A stretch of DNA of 64,000 nt from Deltaproteobacteria bacterium (GTDB lineage: Bacteria > Desulfobacterota_D > UBA1144 > Nemesobacterales > CSP1-2): assembly GCA_052390235.1 (NCBI GenBank), contig JBQTHB010000006.1, positions 224,001-288,000 of the forward strand, read 5' to 3'. The notes under the pieces are model-generated. The model was given only the letters and a program-made list of their open reading frames with translations, did not search any database and was not told the DNA's origin. The first letter of the stretch is position 1; each line of letters begins with the position of its first letter. The translations under genes were made by a program, and so were the position numbers. Shown one piece after another: positions 51,171 to 60,752 of the stretch.

Positions 51171-52255
51171 TAGGGCAGAACGGGAGGCTTTATCCGAGAG
51201 GGGTCAAGGTGAATCCCATAGCGCGTGGCCCCGTAGGCGCGCTTGAAGTGAAGCGGGGCAATTTTATAGTGTATTGCAAGGGCGGAGTCGCCGAGAGCGG
51301 CATCTATGGAGTTATTTATTTTACTTATATCCTGACGAATGTTATCTGCGGCGAATGAGTATTTTTGGACATCCGTATTTGGGAGCATACTCAGTATATG
51401 ATTCTTAATCTCATCTGCACAGCCACCGACCGAACCTTTCCCTTTCAGCGGCTCGAAAGCGGCATCTTCGGGAAGGGTTCTGCGCCTCTCGCAATAATGG
51501 GCGTAGAGGGCGAGGTGCTTCGGTTCTAGACGCACTTCTCTCGCTCCTATAACGAGACAGCGCCCCTTAAAATCAACGCAAAGCGCGTCCAAACGCGGCA
51601 TTGAGTCAATTTCTCTCTGCGCGGCGGCTACCATTTTGCCGAACGAGAGATTATCGGAATCATCGAAGAGGCGAGCCAATTTATCCCTCAGCCTGACGTA
51701 GGGAATCTCGGCGAGGTGTACCGCCGCTTTGGCGGATTTGGGCGGATAAAAGAAAGCCCTATCCCTCTCTGCCTCCTCGTCAACGAGGACGTGAGATAGA
51801 GTATCCTGCCGCCTGCCGAACAGCATCATGGCGTAAGCAAGATAAACGGACATAGTTTTTCTCCCGCCGGCGATGGAGCAGTGGAGAATCGTATCCTCAT
51901 CCCCAGCCAGTTCGCGGATGAATTCGGTGATTCGGTCGGCGGCGGTTTCGTTGTCGCGGGCGGAGCGAATGTCGGCAAGGGGCGTCCCTTTGGAATCCCT
52001 GAGCAGTACGATGGAGCTTTCGTCGAATTTTATTGACGATGAGTCTATTCCGTAATCCCGGCAGAGTTGAGAGAACTTGCCGCTCTCCTCATCCAGCAAT
52101 TTAGACAGAATCTCCCTCTTCCCGTCCAGCGTCGTTATAACGTAAATCTCGGAAATCGCGCTTCGGGGCTTTTTGATTTGTGTGAGATAGTAAAGAGTCT
52201 CAGTAACAACCTGCGGAGTGAGTCCTGCGACTGCGATGAGGATTTCTCTTTTCAT
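51170..52255 (-). CDS. CRISPR-associated CARF protein, NE0113/Csx14 family, with C-terminal winged-helix-like domain
   Basis: ILIAVAGLTPQVVTETLY, LADIRS..DN, SIAGGRKTMS, LSHVLV; C-term VIGAREVRLEPK.LALY ... DISKIN..I...LG ... RYGI. Confidence 0.85.
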   Translation of the reverse strand: MKREILIAVAGLTPQVVTETLYYLTQIKKPRSAISEIYVITTLDGKREILSKLLDEESGKFSQLCRDYGIDSSSIKFDESSIVLLRDSKGTPLADIRSARDNETAADRITEFIRELAGDEDTILHCSIAGGRKTMSVYLAYAMMLFGRRQDTLSHVLVDEEAERDRAFFYPPKSAKAAVHLAEIPYVRLRDKLARLFDDSDNLSFGKMVAAAQREIDSMPRLDALCVDFKGRCLVIGAREVRLEPKHLALYAHYCERRRTLPEDAAFEPLKGKGSVGGCADEIKNHILSMLPNTDVQKYSFAADNIRQDISKINNSIDAALGDSALAIHYKIAPLHFKRAYGATRYGIHLDPSRIKPPVLP

Positions 52256-53508
52256 CACGCCCATCCGAGTTTCGGAAACTCCACTTTGTAATCCGCGCCC
52301 GTATGCCGGAGGAATTTTTCTAGGATTGATACAAGTTTCTCAAATGTTTCTTTCGACACAGGCGAGAGTCCGTGGGCAAGGATGGATGAATTCCTTGCAG
52401 CGAGAATTTTTTTCATATCCTCTTCGCGCTCGAAAAAAACCCTGCCGAATTCACTGCCGGCCTCTTTTAGCAGGGCGAATGTGTCGTAAAGAGGAATTTT
52501 TATTTTGCCGTCGTGGGCTGTGTGCTTTCTCTTCATCTCCTCTCTCAGGGATTCGGGGAGTTTTTTGGCATCGGCGTCGGACGTATCGCACCCGAATTGC
52601 CGCTTGAATTCAATCTGTCCTATCATCTCAAGAGAGCGGTAGAGCCTCGCGACGGCGTCGTCATATTTGCCCTCTTCGGCGCGGCGGCGGGCGTTGTGGA
52701 AGAGGTCGAAGACCGAGGCGAAGTGGGACTCTTTAAAGTTTTGGGTTTTGCTGCTCAGCTCTTTGAGGAACTGGATATTCACGTTCACGGCTTCGAGAAA
52801 TACCGAGAGTATTTTATCCTCACTGTATTTCAGGTACTCGCCGAGTCTATTTTTCACCTTCTCCATAGTCGAGAGCGCCGCCTTATGCTCGAAGCTGTCC
52901 CATAGCTCGTATAAGGCGATTAGCTCCGTGAGGCTCTCGTAAACTGCCTTGAGCGGGCCGCTAAGCACGCCGCTGAGTTTCTCCGAAATATTTTTGGCGG
53001 CGGAGAACTGGTAGCTGTTGAAAAAGAGGGCGATTTTCTTCCTATCTTCAACATAGAGAACCTGCCAAGGGCTTAATGCGGTTTTTATCTCCTCCGCGCC
53101 GCTGATAACCACGCCAAGACCTCCTTTCGATCGATGCGTCCCGCCAACGTAGGAAAAATGAGTGAACTTTGTAACTGTTGCAAGCACCAAGGCAGCGCTC
53201 ATAGGTTTTGTACCGCCTGTAAAGTCAATAACAACATCTTCTAGGGAAATTCCCTGTTTTTCGATTTTGATCGACAGTTCCAGAGCTTTCTCGTAGCAAT
53301 GATCGAGGCTCTGCGGGTCGTCAACGATAATTGACTCTATCGCGGGTGAAATCCCGGCCTCGACGAGTTTGTTTTTTACTTTTGGATATTCGTCGGAGTT
53401 GCTTTGTTGAGAAGAGAAGAAGCAGATATAATCCGGCTTGTGGCTCTCTATGGATTTTAGAATCGGATCGATTGAGCCGCCGAGAGAAACCACGAGGGCT
53501 TTAGGCAT
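52255..53508 (-). CDS. CRISPR-associated CARF-HEPN protein, TIGR02710-like
   Basis: DFTGGTKPMSAAL, NARRRAEEGKYDDAVARLYRSLE, HEPN-like RNSSILAH. Confidence 0.85.
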   Translation of the reverse strand: MPKALVVSLGGSIDPILKSIESHKPDYICFFSSQQSNSDEYPKVKNKLVEAGISPAIESIIVDDPQSLDHCYEKALELSIKIEKQGISLEDVVIDFTGGTKPMSAALVLATVTKFTHFSYVGGTHRSKGGLGVVISGAEEIKTALSPWQVLYVEDRKKIALFFNSYQFSAAKNISEKLSGVLSGPLKAVYESLTELIALYELWDSFEHKAALSTMEKVKNRLGEYLKYSEDKILSVFLEAVNVNIQFLKELSSKTQNFKESHFASVFDLFHNARRRAEEGKYDDAVARLYRSLEMIGQIEFKRQFGCDTSDADAKKLPESLREEMKRKHTAHDGKIKIPLYDTFALLKEAGSEFGRVFFEREEDMKKILAARNSSILAHGLSPVSKETFEKLVSILEKFLRHTGADYKVEFPKLGWA

Positions 53509-54656
53509 TATTTGCACCTTGACTCGACTTCGTTAAATTCTTTGTAATGTTCTTTGAGAATATCATTATCTTCTATATATCTTTCATAATTATTATGGTC
53601 TAAAAATATCTCCACGACTTTTATAGCCCCAGCTTCTTCAAAATAAAATATACGCTCGGCGGTGTGAGGCTTCTTAAAGCAGAGGCAATCGGTTTTAAGA
53701 CTCTCAAACTTTTCATGGAGGAACTGAGAGCGCTTCTGAGAATCTTTTAAGTCCTTAAAATAACTTTGAATCTTATCGAGTTGCTCGCCGTTCAAGTCGG
53801 CATATACCTTTTTTGCCTTGTGTGATAAATGAATCTTCGTGCTGTCATCTTGCAAGAACTGCTTGTAAAGTAGTTCACCCAGAGCGGAGAACGTTACGGA
53901 TTGACCGTCGTCCTCGATCATCGCCGAGAATTTTTCATATTCCTCATCGTCGAGACCCTTTCGGAATTCCCTCATACCGATTATGGATTTACTATGCACC
54001 TTGTCGAATTTAGCCTTATGCTGATTTAGAAATTCTTTGTTGTAAGTTATCGGCAAAGCCGGCAGTTCTATCAGATAATCTGTATCTTCAAAGGTATAGA
54101 CCACTTTGACTGAATTTATCATGCCGACAAATGTGGTGTAAGGAATAACCGCTTTGAAACCTCCCGTGATGTTAAAGATTATCTCATATTCGTAGCGGCT
54201 CTTTTCAATAATATTCATCAGCTTATCAATAAAATTTCTGACCCCTTCCTTTCTAAACCTCTCGGAATCTTTGACCTGAAGCCCTTTCACTTCCTCAGTT
54301 TTTACGCTGCAACCGAATTCTCCTTTGATATATTGCTCAATAACCTCGGCGCACAAATTGCCGTCCATTGTTTCGGTAGCGAATAGATAAACCACGTCGG
54401 CTTCAGTAATTCCCAGCTTAGCCAAGCTCTTGATTTCGGCTGAGGATTTATTTAAGTCGCTATTTTTATCGAGATTTAAACCGCTCAGGCGGCTAAGACA
54501 CTGTTTTTTCAGTTCTTCAAATTCTCGGGAGTAATCTCCTCTCAAACCGGACGATTTCCCCTCAATGCTCTCAACGAGGTTCTTCAGGCTGTCTTTCTTC
54601 TCCCGCAAGTGAAATAATAGCGATGTTCCGACAGTGGTAAGCGCCATTTTTCTCAT
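53508..54656 (-). CDS. CARF (APE2256 family)-wHTH-RelE effector, Cami1-like
   Basis: TTVGTSLL, SAEIKSL, TET.DG.L.AE, NITGGFKA, YTFE....IELP; FSALGEL wing; C-term LSHKAKK...RIFYFE....VVEIF.DH..Y. Confidence 0.78.
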   Translation of the reverse strand: MRKMALTTVGTSLLFHLREKKDSLKNLVESIEGKSSGLRGDYSREFEELKKQCLSRLSGLNLDKNSDLNKSSAEIKSLAKLGITEADVVYLFATETMDGNLCAEVIEQYIKGEFGCSVKTEEVKGLQVKDSERFRKEGVRNFIDKLMNIIEKSRYEYEIIFNITGGFKAVIPYTTFVGMINSVKVVYTFEDTDYLIELPALPITYNKEFLNQHKAKFDKVHSKSIIGMREFRKGLDDEEYEKFSAMIEDDGQSVTFSALGELLYKQFLQDDSTKIHLSHKAKKVYADLNGEQLDKIQSYFKDLKDSQKRSQFLHEKFESLKTDCLCFKKPHTAERIFYFEEAGAIKVVEIFLDHNNYERYIEDNDILKEHYKEFNEVESRCK

Positions 54657-54668
54657 GGCTTCATCTCC

Positions 54669-55487
54669 TCATTCAAAATACCCATACCCCGCGCTCGTTT
54701 TCGCTCCGACTCCAAGCTCCTTGAGGCCATTTTCAAGCCAGCCTTTAGCTAACTTGGCGAGGCTATCTTCCCTAGAAGCCACGGCAAAATAAAACTCCGC
54801 TCCTCCGTCCAATGTAAGAAAGAAAATGGGATTCGGACTCAGGTAATCTGCCGGCGGCGTTTTGCCAGAGGAGTCGCTGTAGTAATCCTGATAGTGCGGA
54901 TTCATTATGTCTAATTTGAGTTTGGGAAATTTGACTGGAATGGCGTCGAAGAATACGACTTTGCCCTGACTGGATTTCGGCTTTGACTCATCTCCATTGT
55001 CCTGACTATTCTTCAGTGTGGGTTGCAAGCCGAAGACATCTGTAATCCGCTTGTCGGAATCGTCAATACCTTCTACCGTATTTGCATAAGCCTTAGCCAG
55101 CCCTTTCAAGCCGCTTCCCGGAATTATCGGGAATCCGTAAACCCTGTGAAGCATCATGCTCGTTTCAAGAACACTCCCTGAGCCAAGCCCGACGACCATC
55201 CGCCACTGAGTTTTGAGTTTTTTTTCGCCGATATTCCACCCGCTATTTTTCAGTGATTGCAATGACGCCGAGAATCTTTTGTTATAATCCGCCAGGTATT
55301 CCGGCGGGTAAGAAACCTTCTGAACTTCTCTGAGAAACTCACCTTTGCTCTTTCCCTCCAATTTCCAATTCCTGTCCCAATGTGAAATATATTTCGCCAT
55401 CAAAAGTCCGAGATTCTTGCAATCTCTGAGGTTACTTTCAAGAATTTGGGACACTTCCTCTGGCAATGGAAAACTTGGTCTGCTCAT
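54669..55487 (-). CDS. cmr6: Type III-B RAMP Cmr6
   Basis: RMVVGLG, YGFPIIPGSGLKG, GKVVFFDA, DIMNPHY, GVGAKTSAGYG. Confidence 0.96.
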   Translation of the reverse strand: MSRPSFPLPEEVSQILESNLRDCKNLGLLMAKYISHWDRNWKLEGKSKGEFLREVQKVSYPPEYLADYNKRFSASLQSLKNSGWNIGEKKLKTQWRMVVGLGSGSVLETSMMLHRVYGFPIIPGSGLKGLAKAYANTVEGIDDSDKRITDVFGLQPTLKNSQDNGDESKPKSSQGKVVFFDAIPVKFPKLKLDIMNPHYQDYYSDSSGKTPPADYLSPNPIFFLTLDGGAEFYFAVASREDSLAKLAKGWLENGLKELGVGAKTSAGYGYFE

Positions 55488-55882
55488 TTATTAGTACCCT
55501 CCTCCGGCAGTACGGCTTCGGCAAAGCGTTTTAGCCAGTTTAGAAATGCTAAGGTCTCGGCTGTAGCTTGTCGGTACTTTGCGCTGTCTCCGCTGATAAC
55601 CTTTTGCACTAACTCGCCCCGTTGATAAATATTACTTTCGATAATCAGCCAACTGCTCAAGTGTCCGTAAAGCAGGTCGTGTTCCCCGCCTTTCGATTTG
55701 AAGAATGCCAGAGTCTGCCCCAAGCCGTTAGTGAGAATCAGGACAGGAGTTTTCAGCGCAAGAGACCTATATTTTTTCTTTGTATCTTTGTCTTTTTGGT
55801 TAATTTCATTTACAAAGTCCCAAGCCTTGCTCGCTCGTTTTTGCTCAAGGGTTTGAATCAGGCTCTGTTTATTTTCCGCCAT
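55484..55882 (-). CDS. cmr5: Type III-B small subunit Cmr5
   Basis: TLEQKRA..AW, YRS....P.LI.TNGLGQTLAF, WLKRFAEA. Confidence 0.95.
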   Translation of the reverse strand: MAENKQSLIQTLEQKRASKAWDFVNEINQKDKDTKKKYRSLALKTPVLILTNGLGQTLAFFKSKGGEHDLLYGHLSSWLIIESNIYQRGELVQKVISGDSAKYRQATAETLAFLNWLKRFAEAVLPEEGTNK

Positions 55883-56789
55883 GATTACCTCCCGCAATCT
55901 GAAGTTTCACGATTCCTCTGCCGACAGTTTCATCGCCGCCTAGCTGGAATCTGTCAATCTCAAGATCTGTAATGAATTTGAGGACATGCTCGGCAGTTGA
56001 AAAATCTGCGTTCTTCTTATCTCCGTTACCAAGTACGTCGGTAGCTAAGGCAAGCGAATAAAGCAACGTGTCGCTCGGCAGATGTTCTTCGTACCATAGC
56101 GCGCCTGTAGCAACCGTCTTTGTTGTGTTATCAATTTTGGTTCGAGCAATTACTTCAGTGGAAAACTCCGTAAAATCACGGAATGCGTTGTCGGGAAGGA
56201 TGGCAAGGTTTTTCCCTATTTTCCCTTTCCAAAACCCGTATTCCGAGCTTTGTGGAATCGCATTTTCAGAAATCCACTTAGCGACTGCCTCGGCTTCATT
56301 TGTCTTCTTAGCAGAGAAGGAAAATTCCTCGAGGACAACTTTATTATCCACGACTACCTCCGAAGAGTTGGTTATCAAAGCCTCGTTATCTCCCACGCTT
56401 GGTATAGTCAAAGTCGGATTCAATCCCGCAACCGTCATATCGCGCATGAAACGCTGAAGCACGGAAGGGCAGGTTACCCAAGCAAAGATTCCCTTGAGCG
56501 AGCGGACGGGGAATAGAAGGAGCTTGGCATCTGTGAAGGCAATCGCTCCGGCGTGTTCGCTTCCGCCTTTGCTATCAGGACCAAACACGAGGTTAATCTT
56601 GGAATCATCCTTAGAATGTTGCCTCGCGTAATCCCTCAAGCTCCCCTTCAACCCCGACGCCTGCACCATTGGAAAATTCGTGTGCCTCTCGCGCTGAATC
56701 GGCAAGTCCACAACCCCAAGAGACGACCCGCTCCCCACATGAAGCGGCGTTTCCGTGTAGAGAAATAAAACCTTAGTTTTTTTAAACAT
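55869..56789 (-). CDS. cmr4: Type III-B RAMP Cmr4
   Basis: TPLHVGSG, VDLPIQRE (catalytic Asp present), LLFPVRS, QLGGDETVGRG. Confidence 0.97.
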   Translation of the reverse strand: MFKKTKVLFLYTETPLHVGSGSSLGVVDLPIQRERHTNFPMVQASGLKGSLRDYARQHSKDDSKINLVFGPDSKGGSEHAGAIAFTDAKLLLFPVRSLKGIFAWVTCPSVLQRFMRDMTVAGLNPTLTIPSVGDNEALITNSSEVVVDNKVVLEEFSFSAKKTNEAEAVAKWISENAIPQSSEYGFWKGKIGKNLAILPDNAFRDFTEFSTEVIARTKIDNTTKTVATGALWYEEHLPSDTLLYSLALATDVLGNGDKKNADFSTAEHVLKFITDLEIDRFQLGGDETVGRGIVKLQIAGGNHGGK

Positions 56790-57885
56790 TGCTCCAACCT
56801 CCTACCAAAGTTATACCGAAACCTTCTTTTTGTTTTTCATCGGAAATTGATTTGAACTGAAACGCTTCAAATAAATCATCAATCTCGCCTTCCACAAGTT
56901 CAAAAAAATAGACGCTCCCGGCAGGAACTGCTTTTTTCATCGGCTTCGGTCTGTTCTCGACAATGTCGAATCCGCCGACGGGAGCGGGCTTCCCCACGCA
57001 GGCTGAGATGAGCTTAAATTTGAGACCGTCTTTCTCGCCTGTTTGCATCCAATCGGCAGCCCAGCCTTTATTGAAAATCGCCGGGGTAAGTAGATAGAGT
57101 TTGAATTTGCGGGCTTTTCTAATAGCATCTTTAATTCCCTTATCGTCCCATTTTCTATCGCCAATCTTTTTGTAGGATGCCGCCCTCGATTCCCCGCCGA
57201 GCCTGAGAAAGCCTTTATCAGGGAGAGTGGCATCGCCTTCAACATCGAGCGTGAACCCGAACCCTGCGTTTAGCCTCACAAATTCGGCGATGTAAAAAAG
57301 TCCCTCTTCGGTGGTTTTCGTCGTCCCGGACTTGCCGATTCCAACCCGCTCTTCCCTCTGGAAAACTTCTTCGGATTTGAGGATTTTCCAGTTATCCACC
57401 TCGCCCCTTAAATATCTCTTTAAATCGCTCTCGCGGATAAAACCCTTGCCGTCCTCGATATGCTCATCGTAATTGGTCTTTACCCACAACGGGCTAAGAC
57501 CTTCCGAATCGCTCCTAAATTGCAGCGAACCGCTTGGCTTTAGCTGAATATATTTATCCTTTTCATTCCCGCTCTTAATTTTCATAACGTCTTTTGGAAT
57601 CGGGAAATACTCATAGTGTTTCTCATCCGCTACAAAAGGTCCAACAATGCTTAAACCTTGAGTCAGAGAATTAATTTGATTCAGATAGTCCTGCTTATTA
57701 TTTTTGATTTGCGACAGTGATTGAAATTGAAAATTCTTCCGACTTAGAATCTCCGCCCTAAGTGCCCCATAAAAAGTGCTTGGATAAGGCGGGAACATAC
57801 TCGTTGCGATAACGTCCTCTTCGGCGGAAAACGGCTTGCCGTCTCGGAAGAGCATTACATCCATCGGTTCAATGAATATTCTCAT
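56782..57885 (-). CDS. cmr3: Type III-B Cmr3 (Cas5 family)
   Basis: P.DV.LFRDGKPF, PPYPST.YGALR, LGGESR, LLTPAIF, AVPAGSVY. Confidence 0.95.
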   Translation of the reverse strand: MRIFIEPMDVMLFRDGKPFSAEEDVIATSMFPPYPSTFYGALRAEILSRKNFQFQSLSQIKNNKQDYLNQINSLTQGLSIVGPFVADEKHYEYFPIPKDVMKIKSGNEKDKYIQLKPSGSLQFRSDSEGLSPLWVKTNYDEHIEDGKGFIRESDLKRYLRGEVDNWKILKSEEVFQREERVGIGKSGTTKTTEEGLFYIAEFVRLNAGFGFTLDVEGDATLPDKGFLRLGGESRAASYKKIGDRKWDDKGIKDAIRKARKFKLYLLTPAIFNKGWAADWMQTGEKDGLKFKLISACVGKPAPVGGFDIVENRPKPMKKAVPAGSVYFFELVEGEIDDLFEAFQFKSISDEKQKEGFGITLVGGWSNV

Positions 57886-60739
57886 CGCTCGTCCCCCTGT
57901 TTCGAGAGGAAAACGGCGAGGCTCAGAATCTTCGAGATTTCTTCATGCTTTGCTGTTTTTTCAGAGCCTCCGAGTTCCGTGCGGAGCTTCATCAATCTAT
58001 CGGTTAGGCTCTGAAGCTGTTTGCCGACTTCTTCGGGCTTCAATTCTTCTCCCACGCCATTCTTAAACTTCTTCTTATCGCAGTGGCGTTTAATAATTCT
58101 CAGAATTTCCGAGCTTATGGCTTTGTCGGTTAGGTTGTCCGTCCACTTCAATTTTCCCCTGAAGTCATAAGCGAATTTTGAAGAGAGCCTGCCGCTTGTG
58201 AAATGGTCAACCAATTCATTAATGAAGCTAACCGTATCGAAATTGCCGCTGTCGTAAAACCACTTTGCCTTTATAATCTCAGTTCCGCCGGAGCGTTTCA
58301 TCAATGTCACAGCAAAGGCGTTTTTATCAACGATTCCCTTTGCGGATTTCTCTGCCTGCCTTACCTTATCCATCACTTGATTAAGAGGCTGAAGGTAGTG
58401 GGAAATCACGACGCCCATGCTTGCCGTAGCTTTCTTGCCCATCGTAAGTAAAAGCTCGCCGTCATGCTCAATAAACCCGTTTCCCGTCTTGAAATCTGCA
58501 TCGCCGTTTTCATCAACAAAGCCTGAGTAAACCGCCCGCAGGTCTCTCATAACATTCGGCAAATCGGAGAGCGATACAAACGCCAAAACGTCATCGCCTC
58601 CCGCATAGATGAGCTTGCCGAGATACTTTTCTTCGACTACGCTCCGAACCAACCGAAGAGAAAAATTCCTCAGCGCGCTGCTGATTGACGAGTGTAGTGC
58701 GGGTGATAGGGGGCGTTTTAAATCCCATTCTTTACCTAAATTAATCTCTGGATGAACAGTTTCTTGAATCTTGGGGGCAAATTCCCCGCTTAGCCATTTG
58801 CCCATGTTGTCGCCGTCCATGTAAATCACGGCGTAATACTTCGGGGCTTTCACGTCCTCAATTTCTTTTAATTTGGTTCTGAGACTGTCCAGAGCGTTTA
58901 CCGCCTCTTCCAGTTGCTTTTTATGTTCAGCGTTGCCGTTCTTGTAGCCATATTCTTTCTCCAACCTTTTCTCGTTAAATGTGTCTTTATATAGCCATTC
59001 TCCGTCAATTTTAATGAAGTCTTGAAGGTCTTTGCCGGAGCTACTAACGGCTTTTTTGATTTTGGGAAGCGTATCGCTTCGGGAATCTGCCCCTATGCCC
59101 TGAAGGAATCCCCCGACTTTATCGTTGAACTCCTGAATAGACTCTTTCAACTGTTCAGCCTTTTTCACAATGGCGTATTGATAAGATGCTGTTGCGACCG
59201 TGCCGACAGAGGGAAAACCCAAATCCGCGTCTCCGAAAACTTCGCGCCTAAAGTAGAACTTCTGGGCAAACCGCTTAGTCGCACACACGGCGCAGAGCCT
59301 CTCGCCGCCGCCGGAGCGAACCTCTCGCAATTCCGGTTTATCAAATCTTTGCCAAAACTCCTTTGACTCCTCCCGCGTGGGATTTTCAATGTCAATCAAA
59401 GGCTCGCGCACGCCGCAGAGAGTGCATTTATAGTTCGGCTCTTGGGACTGTTTGAAATCTCGTATTGCCTTCCTGCTTCCCATAGCGCGTTCGGTGAGTT
59501 CGTAGAGGAGTTGATACACCGTGCCGAGGGCGGGGTCGTACTTTAGCCCAAACTTGGTCTTATTCTCGTATAATTTAAGCAGCTTTTCCATCTCAAAGCC
59601 GCCATCCGTAGCGATTAGGGATTTATACTCGTTCAGAACGCCTTTATAATCCGGCTTCCAGTCATACGCCACCCAATACGTCTCAACAAAATCTTTCGTC
59701 TGCCTGCGCCAAATCTCATCCCACACCGGATTATTCGGCTCCAGGTTCAACCTGTTTTCCAATTGCTCTCGAACTTTTCCGGTAATTTCTTTCCAAGCCA
59801 AAGCAACGCTCTCTTTGGCTTTCTTCGCAATCTCAGACGGCAGATGTTTTCCCCCTTCTCCTTTTTGAGGGAGAATTGCGAGGAATCTGTTGGGAAGCGT
59901 GGGGGTCGAAAGCCGGCTAATATCCGGCTGTTTGAGAGATATTTTTGATGCAAGCCACTTGTCAACCAACGGCTGTTCGTAGAGGTCGGGGAAAACTATG
60001 GCGTCCGGTCCGAATTCTTCAGCCACGGATTTCATCGCCTGCCACGACAAATACGAGAGGATATAACTGCCCATCCACAGGTCTTGCGTTTTTCTTGCCG
60101 TAGCAATGAACTCCTGCACGGGACCAATAGAAAAAAGCAGAAAAGACAGGTTATAAAGTGCTTCCGTCTTCTTATCTAATTCGGAAGGCGGGAGAGTCTC
60201 AATCCCCCCGGCAAACGCCGCAGTAGCGTTTCGGTGATTCCAAATCGAATGGTCGGGGATGCGCGTGTCGGCAGGCAGAACGCTCCAAAACGGCTTGAGG
60301 GCATCAGTACTATGTTTCTTAATTAAATCCGGGAGCTTCCGCCAAAGGGCAAGATAGGTTTTTTCAAGGTCGTCTGCGCACTCGGCTTGAATTTCTTTAA
60401 CTGCGTCGTCAACCGCCGACTTTGAATCTTGAATAGTTTTGCTCTTGTCTCCTTTTGCTAACTCCTCGATTTTATTGAGACTGTCCCCCGAAAGCGGGTG
60501 TTTGATAACAGGCTTGTCGAGGAAGACTACTTTTAATAGGGCAGGTTGATTCTATCGGCGGACGAGGCTTCTACATCAGCCTTCTTCACCTCCTCAATAT
60601 CATCCTCCTGAATAAGCTCCCGAAGCAGCTTCTTCGCCTGCTCTTCGTGCTTATTACCTGTTTGCATCAGGATAATCGCCTTCTCAGGCGGGTCGTGCAG
60701 AAATGCTTTGATTTTGCGCTTTAGCAGGTCTTGGTTCAA
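57882..60739 (-). pseudogene. cas10: Cas10/Cmr2 interrupted by a frameshift near 60533-60551
   Basis: N-part 60739-60533 has LHDPPEK (HD) and ADR then TAA. The -1 frame continues KHPLSG..PADTRIPDHSIWNH..SIGPVQEFI..DLW.GS..C..CG..C..C..MDGDNMG..GGDD without stops. Confidence 0.9.
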
Positions 60740-60752
60740 ATTGACTTACCTC

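Noticed and set aside
60533..60739. Independent 68-aa gene
   Set aside because: It is the N-terminus of Cas10 (HD motif) and continues in the -1 frame.
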